A stretch of 50,070 bases of DNA, taken from NCBI GenBank assembly GCA_046597065.1, contig JBKJLI010000002.1, positions 1 to 50,070 of the forward strand, written 5' to 3'. The notes beneath the pieces are model-generated. The model was not told the DNA's origin and searched no databases. It saw only the letters and a program-made list of their open reading frames with translations. The position numbers and the translations under genes are program-made. Position 1 is the first letter of the stretch. Every line of letters begins with the position of its first letter. Positions 18,896 to 26,972 of this stretch are shown here, piece after piece. The stretch comes from Candidatus Saccharimonadia bacterium. Lineage in GTDB: Bacteria > Patescibacteriota > Saccharimonadia > UBA4664 > SCTI01.

Positions 18896-19786
18896 ATGGC
18901 AAAAGCTGCCCCAAAACACCCTGCAAAACCTACTAAAACCAAAACTCATAAACCCAGCGCTTATATTTCAAACCCAATTGATTTATTTGCTCCCAGCTGG
19001 AAAGCGATTAAGGCCAATATTGGCGGCTTGCTAAAGATTTATGCATTCGCCCTAATTATTCCAATGCTACTCATTGGAATTGCAACAATAGCTTTAGTGC
19101 TGACGGTAATCAAAGTAGGGATTTCGACAATGGTCGTAGTTCTGGCGCTTTTTATATTAGCTATCTTGGTATTCTTAATCGCCCTATCTCCGGCGACAAA
19201 TTTGGCGTTACTTGATAGCGTGCGGGGAAAGACAATTAAGGTTGGGCCTACTTTTAGAGAATCGGTTAGGCTCGCGCCAACGGTTTTAGGTGCGGCAATC
19301 CTTACGGGTCTTGCAGTGTTGGGCGGTTTGATTCTGTTTATCATACCAGGGCTGATCTTTGCGGCTTGGTTTTCACTTAGCACTTACGTGATTGTTGACC
19401 AAAAGGTAGGCGCACTCGAAGGTATGAAGCGCAGTAAAGCCCTGGTTAATAAGCATGTTATCGAAATGTGGGGCTTGTACAGCGTGGCCGGAGCCATTGG
19501 TATATTAAAGGTGGTCCCATTATTGGGTGATATTGCCGCCGCCGGGCTAACCATCGCCTTTACCGCCGCCCCCACATTGCGTTATTTACAGTTAAAGGAG
19601 CTTAGTGAAGGTGAGGCTGAGGCACCCGCAACCCATTGGGCCAACTACGCCCTGATAGTATTGGGTCTGATCGGCGGAAGTATTTCGACCAATGCCGAAA
19701 AAGCCTCGCTCAACTCAAATTTCAATCTAAATGGTTCGATACAAAATCAAGATAACGCACTGCCGACTTCTAACTCTCTTTATTAG
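18896..19786 (+). CDS. Multi-pass membrane protein of unknown function
   Basis: GLILFIIPG..WFSL..ALEGMKRSKALV motif. ATG 18896 preferred because the TTG at 18842 lies in a TTGACA -35 box. Confidence 0.7.
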   Translation: MAKAAPKHPAKPTKTKTHKPSAYISNPIDLFAPSWKAIKANIGGLLKIYAFALIIPMLLIGIATIALVLTVIKVGISTMVVVLALFILAILVFLIALSPATNLALLDSVRGKTIKVGPTFRESVRLAPTVLGAAILTGLAVLGGLILFIIPGLIFAAWFSLSTYVIVDQKVGALEGMKRSKALVNKHVIEMWGLYSVAGAIGILKVVPLLGDIAAAGLTIAFTAAPTLRYLQLKELSEGEAEAPATHWANYALIVLGLIGGSISTNAEKASLNSNFNLNGSIQNQDNALPTSNSLY

Positions 19787-19825
19787 ATCAACTGATATAA
19801 TAATCGGCATGCCAAGCATGCATTT

Positions 19826-19902
19826 GCGCCCGTAGCTCAGCTGGATAGAGCGTTGGTTTCCGGTACCAAAGGTCGAGGGTTCGAATCCCCCCGGGCGCAC
19901 CA
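19826..19902 (+). tRNA. tRNA-Arg(CCG)
   Basis: TTGGT-TTCCGGT-ACCAA arm; GCGCCCG/CGGGCGC; ACCA. Confidence 0.96.
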
Positions 19903-19951
19903 AATCGCTGGTAAGCTGATCTGAAAAATGCTACTATAGCCCGGTTCACGG

Positions 19952-20028
19952 GCGCCCGTAGCTCAGCGGATTAGAGTACTTGGCTTCGAACCAAGGGGTC
20001 GCAGGTTCGAATCCTGCCGGGCGCACCA
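19952..20028 (+). tRNA. tRNA-Arg(TCG)
   Basis: CTTGG-CTTCGAA-CCAAG arm; ACCA. Confidence 0.95.
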
Positions 20029-20039
20029 TTTAACAACAC

Positions 20040-20116
20040 GGGCCATTAGCTCAGTTGGTTAGAGCAGGGGACTCTTAATCCCCGTGTCCTGGGTTCGAAT
20101 CCCAGATGGCCCTCCA
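20040..20116 (+). tRNA. tRNA-Lys(CTT)
   Basis: GGGGA-CTCTTAA-TCCCC arm; GGGCCAT/ATGGCCC; TCCA. Confidence 0.95.
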
Positions 20117-20190
20117 GCAATTATTTATTCACCTAAGCCCGAAAATCTATAATATAATTGAAGGTACAAATGTTATAGAAAGGCACTGAT

Positions 20191-20523
20191 ATGAGCAAGT
20201 TTATTTTGCTATACAACGGACCAGCAACACCCCCAGACATGATGGATGATGCTAAGAGAAATCAGATTATGGGTGATTGGAAAACATGGATGGAAAAGGT
20301 TGGGCCTGCAATGGTAGAAATGGGTTCACCGATGGGCAATGGTCGGTCCGTAGTAGATGATGGATCAACCGGTAAGCCATTAGAAATAAGTGGTTATTCA
20401 ATAGTACAAGCTGAAGATATTAATGCGGCATTAGATTTAGTCGATGGCCATCCGTTTTTGAGTGACAAAAGCGGAAAATTTAGCGTAGAAGTATTTGAGC
20501 TATTTCCACAACCGGGGATGTAG
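20191..20523 (+). CDS. YCII-related protein
   Basis: KFILLY, W..W, G.P, SGYSIVQA, HP motifs. Confidence 0.7.
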   Translation: MSKFILLYNGPATPPDMMDDAKRNQIMGDWKTWMEKVGPAMVEMGSPMGNGRSVVDDGSTGKPLEISGYSIVQAEDINAALDLVDGHPFLSDKSGKFSVEVFELFPQPGM

Positions 20524-20626
20524 TGTTGGTACCTAGATGGCTTGCGCTGACTATAAACTGTTGCACGGTATCGACCATAAATATCTCGCCACGATGATAA
20601 GAAGTGCTTAGAGGTCGCGATAATAT

Positions 20627-20839
20627 ATGAAATTCTTTCGCACAACTAAATTTATTCATTTACCAATCTCTATGGCTGGATATTTGATATGGTTTATCGG
20701 ACTAGCTTTTCTAATAACTGTGTTCATTTCTATTGATAAAGGTTCTCATTCTGTGAGTGACACAATATACGGAATATTCCCATTTTTTGCATCTGTGTTT
20801 TTACTGATTGAATGGTTTACATCTAAAACTAGTGATTGA
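20627..20839 (+). CDS. Small two-TM hypothetical protein
   Basis: 70-aa ORF with two hydrophobic segments; SHSVSDT motif. Confidence 0.7.
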   Translation: MKFFRTTKFIHLPISMAGYLIWFIGLAFLITVFISIDKGSHSVSDTIYGIFPFFASVFLLIEWFTSKTSD

Positions 20840-20859
20840 ATTTTTGGTATATTAAACTT

Positions 20860-21123
20860 ATGAATTACACAATTATCGATGTTCGCGAACCAGATGAGTA
20901 TGCTAATGGTCACGTAAAAAATGCAATAAATCTACCTCTTGGACGAGTAATGCGCGGCGCAAGTGAGTTAAGTGGTACGCCAAAAACTACCAACGTAATC
21001 GTTTACTGCAAGAGTGGTGGTCGAGCAGCTGTAGCCGAAAATGCCTTGAAACAGCAAGGTTTTACTAATGTTACAAATAGTATTAACCAGGAACAAGTTG
21101 AAGCCCAGACGGCCCTCCAATAA
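20860..21123 (+). CDS. Rhodanese-like domain protein
   Basis: IIDVREPDEY..GHVKNAINLP, YCKSGGRA. Confidence 0.9.
   Translation: MNYTIIDVREPDEYANGHVKNAINLPLGRVMRGASELSGTPKTTNVIVYCKSGGRAAVAENALKQQGFTNVTNSINQEQVEAQTALQ
21100..21119 (+). repeat. Degenerate copy of the tRNA-Lys 3' end (att-like direct repeat)
   Basis: GAAGCCCAGACGGCCCTCCA vs GAATCCCAGATGGCCCTCCA at 20097-20116: 18/20 identical. Confidence 0.75.
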
Positions 21124-21218
21124 TTGACATTGAAATATAGCTTAGTTAGCGGCCGCACACTTGTTTTGGCAATTATACAGTGGCTCAGTTTTGGTGGCCT
21201 TTTTGTTATACTTACTAG

Positions 21219-21569
21219 GTGAAAAACAAAACTAAGCTAATCAGCATTATCCTGGTACTCGGTGTATCGATATTTATTGGCATTGGCTTCTTCTTGAACA
21301 GTAATTCAGGCAAGGAAACAAAAGTAAAAATTATTGATTACGGGTTTAGTATATGTACGCAAGATATCGCAGCAAGCGATTGTGGGCCGTATAAGGTAAC
21401 AGTGCAGAGCACAGGTAGTAAGAATACTGTTTATCAAGCGGCTGGGTATAGTAATCAAGAAAGCAAACAATATGATGAGATTAGAGCGAAGATAATTAAA
21501 GCAAAAGAGCAGAATGCTGAAGTAATTATCAAAGTTAATAAGCAGGGTGAAATAGTTTCAGTTAGATAA
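21219..21569 (+). CDS. Anchored/secreted hypothetical protein
   Basis: N-terminal hydrophobic helix, Cys pair; TATACT 6 nt before GTG. Confidence 0.7.
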   Translation: MKNKTKLISIILVLGVSIFIGIGFFLNSNSGKETKVKIIDYGFSICTQDIAASDCGPYKVTVQSTGSKNTVYQAAGYSNQESKQYDEIRAKIIKAKEQNAEVIIKVNKQGEIVSVR

Positions 21570-21696
21570 GTTATATTTCTGCAATATAGCTACAATGGCC
21601 TACATGATAGTCGCCCCCATTGCACTAATATATCCAGAGGTCTTAAGCCTCTGTTTTTAATAAAAGATATACTACAATTAGGCAAAAGAGGTTTAT

Positions 21697-22113
21697 ATGA
21701 TTAATAATCGTTTTTTTGAATCAGTTAGCACAAAAGCGTTGCTATCAACTATCTGGATTTTCGCATCGCTAAACTACATTTATTGCGATCTTATAGGGTT
21801 AATGGATAGCGTACTACTAAAGCAGTACCTGCAGGGTACGGTTAATGGCATACCAATAACTCAGGAACTACTCATTAGTGCTGCCGTCTTAGTGGAAATA
21901 CCAATGGCCATGGTATTACTTTCTCGAATACTCAGATATCGAGCGAACCGCTGGGCCAACATAGTTGCTGGATCAATAATGACCATAGTACAAATTGCAA
22001 CTTTATTTAAGGGTACGCCGACAAATTATTATTTATTTTGCAGTGTGGTTGAAATTGCAGCTACGGCTTTTGTAGTTTGGATTGCCTGGAACTGGAAATC
22101 CACGGAAGCTTAA
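21697..22113 (+). CDS. Four-TM membrane protein, DUF6326-like
   Basis: LSTIWIF..LNYIYCD, EIPMAMVLLS, NRWANI, YY.F...VE, AW.W. Confidence 0.7.
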   Translation: MINNRFFESVSTKALLSTIWIFASLNYIYCDLIGLMDSVLLKQYLQGTVNGIPITQELLISAAVLVEIPMAMVLLSRILRYRANRWANIVAGSIMTIVQIATLFKGTPTNYYLFCSVVEIAATAFVVWIAWNWKSTEA

Positions 22114-22191
22114 TCGATTTAGGATTATAGGCAATGATGCTTAAAGCGAATGTTTTAGTAGTGTGGGCCAAATAGGAATACAATGCATCTT

Positions 22192-22833
22192 ATGAATAGT
22201 AGCCCCAAACCCAAACATCGTTTTCGAAAAAGGTGGCTCTTTTTATTGTTATTAATTCCGCTTATTCCGTTATATTTTCTGGTAAGACCTGACACATATC
22301 TGCCCCATAACCATGTTGTTCTAACAGTACCCTTTGATATAAACCACCCTCCCGACTCTATGATTCCAATGGGTGAAACAATCCATCATCCTAAATCAGA
22401 ATCACCGCATGGACATCCTGGTATAGATTTTGGATGGTCCCATGGCGATGGCACAGTAAGCTCTGCGTCAGACGGAAAGGTTTTGTCTATCACGGATGGA
22501 GGTAGTGAAAAAGGCTTATGGGACGTCACTATAGCTTCGGGTGCTTATGAATTACGGTACAAAGAATTAAAAAGCTACGATCAAAAACTACATAAAGGCT
22601 CAGTAATTAAAAAAGGTGAGCCAATTGGCGTACCCGGTACTTTGGCGGGTGGATTTCATTGGGAATTAGCGTCACCAAGTGTACTGCAGGATCGTTTTTG
22701 TCCATTAAAATATTTTGATAATTCTGCCAAAATGATGATCGAATCAATTTGGTTAAAAGTTCCAAGTGATGACAAAATAAAAAGTCAATTTCCGGACATT
22801 TGTAGTGGGGATTACAAAAATAAAACCGATTAA
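22192..22833 (+). CDS. M23 peptidase-like anchored protein
   Basis: GHPGIDF, ASDGKV, G..IKKGEPIG, FHWEL; the HxH motif is incomplete. Confidence 0.65.
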   Translation: MNSSPKPKHRFRKRWLFLLLLIPLIPLYFLVRPDTYLPHNHVVLTVPFDINHPPDSMIPMGETIHHPKSESPHGHPGIDFGWSHGDGTVSSASDGKVLSITDGGSEKGLWDVTIASGAYELRYKELKSYDQKLHKGSVIKKGEPIGVPGTLAGGFHWELASPSVLQDRFCPLKYFDNSAKMMIESIWLKVPSDDKIKSQFPDICSGDYKNKTD

Positions 22834-22842
22834 CTAATATAC

Positions 22843-22871
22843 TTGCAGATCGGCATAATTAAGCGTAATAT
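22843..22871 (+). promoter_or_regulatory. Sigma70-type promoter upstream of candidate ncRNA 2
   Basis: TTGCAG-17 nt-TAATAT, ending just where the GC-rich folded block starts. Confidence 0.55.
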
Positions 22872-22877
22872 TCTCTG

Positions 22878-23307
22878 CGTCGGCACCTGGCCGCGCAGTG
22901 CATTCATGTGGTCTGCACCGCGCGAAGGGAGCCGCTGAACCAAGGTAATCGATGTTTTCTGGCTAGGCTGTTCGTGTAAGCCCAATAGAAGCTGCGAACG
23001 GCTTCAACCAATTCGCTCAGCGCCGGAGGGGTGTAGGGGCGAAAAGGTTGTGTGATCGGTGCACAGACCGATTGCAGTAAGAAAGATCCCTGCTATTTGT
23101 CACTCTCGTCGGTGACTTCTACCAGGGTCCAGACCCATCGAAGGCGCGTGTCTCACACCGCCGCACCACTCCCCCCGCCGTGCGGGCAACTAGCTCGCAG
23201 GGAGTGATTTTTAGCCACCGGCCCCGGTCCCTGAGACCGGTGACAGCTAAAGATCTTGGTTCACTTAGGGGACCGTTCCGGTTGTGATGAGCGCCGGAAC
23301 GGTCCCC
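22878..23307 (+). ncRNA. Candidate large structured ncRNA of unknown class (ncRNA 2)
   Basis: 5' hairpin, 11-bp long-range stem 22936-22946/23253-23263, many internal hairpins with + strand G-U pairs, 14-bp terminal hairpin. Confidence 0.72.
23268..23307. terminator. Perfect 14-bp GC hairpin (3' end of ncRNA 2 and/or terminator of the convergent operon)
   Basis: GGGGACCGTTCCGG-N12-CCGGAACGGTCCCC; no clear U tract. Confidence 0.6.
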
Positions 23308-23327
23308 GACCATTTGGAATTATTTTG

Positions 23328-23735
23328 CTATAGCCAGCTAAAGAGACTACGGAAAAAACCGGTAATGGAGTTAACAATGTATGTTATCGTTGGCTGTTGG
23401 CGCTTATATACCTCTCCGGGATGCGAGAAATCAAGTTTGGGCTTCAGTGAAGCATACTGGCTACGAATCGAATCGGTATAGGGCAGCTCTTCACCGTCTG
23501 CCGTTAATAATAAGACACTGGGCCTAACCTCATCCTTGGTGTTTGAAAGTATTCGTTGAATTTTCAAATCATGATCAACAATAATGTATCGAGCTGGCGA
23601 AACACTGGCAACAACCGAAATATTACCCCCACTAGTGCTGGCCTCTTCGCCAGCGACCACCACAAAGCTGGCCAAAAGCGTGCTTAAGACCAGAATTGCC
23701 GCCGCTCTAATACCGGTGATTAGGTAGCGTCTCAC
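23328..23735 (-). CDS. Secreted hypothetical protein
   Basis: Signal-like N-terminus; 4-nt overlap with the upstream ORF. Confidence 0.7.
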   Translation of the reverse strand: MRRYLITGIRAAAILVLSTLLASFVVVAGEEASTSGGNISVVASVSPARYIIVDHDLKIQRILSNTKDEVRPSVLLLTADGEELPYTDSIRSQYASLKPKLDFSHPGEVYKRQQPTITYIVNSITGFFRSLFSWL

Positions 23736-24169
23736 AGTAACAACCTAGTATACACGAGATAACCGTACTTTTGGGCGGGGTTGATTATTATTGGGATTAC
23801 TAGAAAAAGATGACCGTCAATAAACTGGCGATATGGCTGCATATCCAGTAGGTTTGATTTTAGGCTGGTTGGAATCACACTGGCATTGGTCTGCTGATAA
23901 AACACGGTTAACTGGGGCCGAGGTAGTCCATCTTTACTCGAGTAAGTGATGCTTGATCCTTCAAACTTTTGTAGAAAATATCCGCTCCCAAGCAGTTTGC
24001 TCGCAAGCTCGGCGTCGGGGCTAGATACAGCTGAGATTACCACGGGGTTACTAACCACCTTTTGGTACTGTTTGCTTGTATGTGACTGTAGCCAGCTTAT
24101 GCCGTTAAAACTTATCCCAAGTACTACCCCCAAAAGGACAAGTGATTTATTTAGGTTGAGTTTGTTCAC
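23732..24169 (-). CDS. Anchored hypothetical protein, possibly a single PDC/Cache-like domain
   Basis: N-terminal TM; C-terminal LFLVIPI...YGYLVY strand pair. Confidence 0.6.
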   Translation of the reverse strand: MNKLNLNKSLVLLGVVLGISFNGISWLQSHTSKQYQKVVSNPVVISAVSSPDAELASKLLGSGYFLQKFEGSSITYSSKDGLPRPQLTVFYQQTNASVIPTSLKSNLLDMQPYRQFIDGHLFLVIPIIINPAQKYGYLVYTRLLL

Positions 24170-25169
24170 GCCGGATCACCAATGCGATTATCAGTACTAC
24201 GACTATATAAATACAAATAGATCTAATAACGTGGTAGCTATAAACGTGATTAAAGACTTGTTTTTGGATATTTATTTGGTGCTCATAAGTAGATTGGGGG
24301 TAAAAGCTAATCACGGCGACAGAACCAAAATCTGAAACATTTATGGTACTGCCTTCAGTAAACGCTTTGATCCCACGATAATTAATTTCTTGATCCCTAA
24401 TACTTTGGTTACCAGATTTTAGGGTGTCAAAAACATGGCTCTGCCCCTTCAAATTAGTACTGTCATTAATCGCCATACCATTTTCTAAAAGCAGGTTACC
24501 TTCCCAATCAACGAGCGCCGATTGAAAGTTTGTTAACGAGGAGCCAAGGATAGTTCGTTTTGCTAAACCTTCCATTGTCATAGTCCCGGCTATAATTCCT
24601 ATAAAACGGTTGCTAGAGTCAATCACAGGTGCTGTAAATGTAATGACTGAGCGTCCGCTTTTAGCAGTTATCTTTGAGCCAAGTGTAGGTTTATGATTTT
24701 CTAAAACGTACTTAATATTTAAGTAAGAAGTGTAATCAGTGCCTAAATATTTTTCTGGGTTGGGAAGGTCGGTAGCTAACGATCTAAGTATGCCGTTTGA
24801 ATCAAGGACGCTGAGGCTGTTAAAATTTTGATTGATGTTACGCTGAACCGCCAAATTAGGAGTTAGACTGGCATAATTGCCACTATTAATCCGATTTATA
24901 ACACCGGGTTCTTTAGCTAATTTGCTAATGACGCTTGCAGCATTATTTAAAGCAACTTCGGTGAGCCGGACTGTGCCTCGGTGGAAAACGTCCAGCTGAG
25001 TCAAGCTGGATTGTTCAATTTGCTTGGTAGTGGACAGCTCTAACTCACCACTCATATTATGGTAACTCCAAATGCTACTTATTAGAGTTGCCAAAAAACC
25101 CATAACAATAATTGTGTAAAGGACGCTGTGCGTACGTATATGCTTTTTAGCGCGAACGCGTTTCGCCAT
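24147..25169 (-). CDS. TM-Cache-TM sensor-like protein with no cytoplasmic output domain
   Basis: LSVLDSNG, GTDYT, SGRSVITFTAPVID..FIGIIAG, LVDWEG; ends about 8 aa after TM2. Confidence 0.75.
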   Translation of the reverse strand: MAKRVRAKKHIRTHSVLYTIIVMGFLATLISSIWSYHNMSGELELSTTKQIEQSSLTQLDVFHRGTVRLTEVALNNAASVISKLAKEPGVINRINSGNYASLTPNLAVQRNINQNFNSLSVLDSNGILRSLATDLPNPEKYLGTDYTSYLNIKYVLENHKPTLGSKITAKSGRSVITFTAPVIDSSNRFIGIIAGTMTMEGLAKRTILGSSLTNFQSALVDWEGNLLLENGMAINDSTNLKGQSHVFDTLKSGNQSIRDQEINYRGIKAFTEGSTINVSDFGSVAVISFYPQSTYEHQINIQKQVFNHVYSYHVIRSICIYIVVVLIIALVIRREQTQPK

Positions 25170-25213
25170 CTATGATTCCGCTTATGCTAATAATAATACT
25201 ATAGAATAGGTCA

Positions 25214-25777
25214 ATGAGATCATTTATGGGGCGGTTGCCAACAAAAAATATAATTGTCGCAACGGCATTATTAGTTCTAGGATTAGTATTTTTACTAATT
25301 TGGCTCAGTCAACCATCCATGGGACACATAAAATATGTCACTTCACTTAAAGCTGATTCGGCGCCAAAGCCGGAGCAGACAAAGGTTAGTGGAGTAAGTG
25401 CAAACTTTCAAATCCCGGCTGGATACCAAGTGAACAGTTTGCCGAAAAATCCTTCAAATCCTGAAAGTTATCGCTACGTCGAAAAAAAACCGGGCGGCGC
25501 CTTGCTTACTATCGGCATAAAGCCATGGGATAAAGCCATAACCGAAGATTCCGCAGTTAGATATAGGCAGATAAACCCTGATACCTACTTAAAATCCACC
25601 CTGACGCTGGATGGAGGCGAGGCCATTAAGTACAGCTTAAAGGCAGAGACATTCGAAGAGGTAGTGCTATCGACGAATAGTGGTAGATTGGCAACTATTG
25701 CACTTTCGGGCGGTGGGGATGGGCAGGAGTACGCCAAGCAGTTAGGGGATTTAGTTTCAAGTTGGCATTGGAAATAA
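25214..25777 (+). CDS. Anchored hypothetical protein, possibly PsbP/Mog1-like
   Basis: N-terminal TM, FQIPAGY, TLDGGEA, C-terminal LVSSWHWK; fold is a guess. Confidence 0.65.
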   Translation: MRSFMGRLPTKNIIVATALLVLGLVFLLIWLSQPSMGHIKYVTSLKADSAPKPEQTKVSGVSANFQIPAGYQVNSLPKNPSNPESYRYVEKKPGGALLTIGIKPWDKAITEDSAVRYRQINPDTYLKSTLTLDGGEAIKYSLKAETFEEVVLSTNSGRLATIALSGGGDGQEYAKQLGDLVSSWHWK

Positions 25778-25818
25778 GCTAGTCTAGTCCCCTGCCCTAC
25801 CCTATAATAAGCATAACC

Positions 25819-26877
25819 ATGTTGGAGATTTTAAAACAGATTGTAGCTGGCGCCTTAAGTGTGGTCGCCTTAGCGGTGCTTCCTGGCACAACAAATTATC
25901 AGCTTAACAGCTATGGGTTTGGCTCGGGAGGAGTTGCAAACTCATCGACTCCAAACTATGCACTTGAAGGTATCAGTGGTGAGGTTGGGTCAAGCGCCAA
26001 CAGTACAACCACCTATACTCAGAACAATGGTACGGTTGCAACTCAGCAGGCCAACGTGCCAACGGCGCCAACCTTTGACAACCCCAGCAACTACTACAAC
26101 AAGCTGAGATTAATAATTAATACCGCAAGCAACCCCAGTGACGCCAAGTTTGCGGTGGCAATAAGTAGCGACAACTTTGTGACCACTCAGTATGTTCAGA
26201 ATGATGCCACCGTTGGTAGCGCCTTGGGCACCGAAGACTATCTAACCTACGCCGGCTGGGGCAGCGGTACCGGGACATTGGTAATTGGCTTAATTTCAAA
26301 TACGACCTATAAAGTAAAGGTTAAGGCGACCCAGGGTAAATTCACTGAATCGGCATATGGGCCCACTGCATCAGCTGCCACTGTTTCAAGCTCACTCACA
26401 TTTGCCTTAAGTACGACCAGCCAGCCATCGCCACCATTTAGCATAAACATTGGCAGCCTGTTACCGGCTACGGTCACAACCGCCAGCGACAACATAATTA
26501 TTGATATTACCGCTAACGGCGAAACCGGAAGCAACGTTTATGTGCGCTCGCAGAATGGGGGCTTAAGCAGTACAGCGGGAGCTTATACAATCGTTTCGGC
26601 TTCGGCTGACCTAGCATCAGCCAACGAGGGCTTCGGCCTACAGTCTGCCTCGGTTAGCCAAACCAGCGGCGGTCCACTGGTAGCTTTGTCGCCCTACAAT
26701 CTAGCATCAGGTAATGTGGGGCTGCTAGATAGCAGTTTAAGGGCACTGTTTAGTGCATCTAGCGCAATAGTAGGTGGGCATGGAACGGCCGCCCTTAAAG
26801 CTAAGGCCAGCTCTAGTACGCCAAGTGCCAACGACTATTCTGATATTTTAACCATAGTTGCCGCAGCTAACTACTAA
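25819..26877 (+). CDS. Secreted beta-rich surface protein (WxL/pilin-like C-terminus), paralog 1
   Basis: Signal peptide, S/T/G-rich; ends STPSANDYSDILTIVAAANY. Confidence 0.7.
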   Translation: MLEILKQIVAGALSVVALAVLPGTTNYQLNSYGFGSGGVANSSTPNYALEGISGEVGSSANSTTTYTQNNGTVATQQANVPTAPTFDNPSNYYNKLRLIINTASNPSDAKFAVAISSDNFVTTQYVQNDATVGSALGTEDYLTYAGWGSGTGTLVIGLISNTTYKVKVKATQGKFTESAYGPTASAATVSSSLTFALSTTSQPSPPFSINIGSLLPATVTTASDNIIIDITANGETGSNVYVRSQNGGLSSTAGAYTIVSASADLASANEGFGLQSASVSQTSGGPLVALSPYNLASGNVGLLDSSLRALFSASSAIVGGHGTAALKAKASSSTPSANDYSDILTIVAAANY

Positions 26878-26972
26878 CTAACTTCTTTAAAAAATCAAAA
26901 ATAGGCTTGCATTGTCTAGGTAATATGCTTATGCTTATGAAAAGCACCTAATCTAAAGAGATTTACCCCAAA

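Noticed and set aside
20191-22833. Integron cassette array
   Set aside because: The short genes are co-oriented, but there are no repeated attC-like sites and no integrase; several have their own -10 boxes.
12781-23307. RNase P, tmRNA, SRP, group I/II intron, retron or c-di-GMP riboswitch identity for the two RNAs
   Set aside because: I found no GAGGAAAGTCC, tRNA-like ends with tag ORF, SRP loop, intron core or GEMM pattern, and no RT in the window. Highly divergent versions cannot be excluded without cmscan.
23119-23481. Short ORFs 23119-23313(-) and 23284-23481(+)
   Set aside because: They overlap the hairpin block or are antisense to a real gene, and have no coding features.
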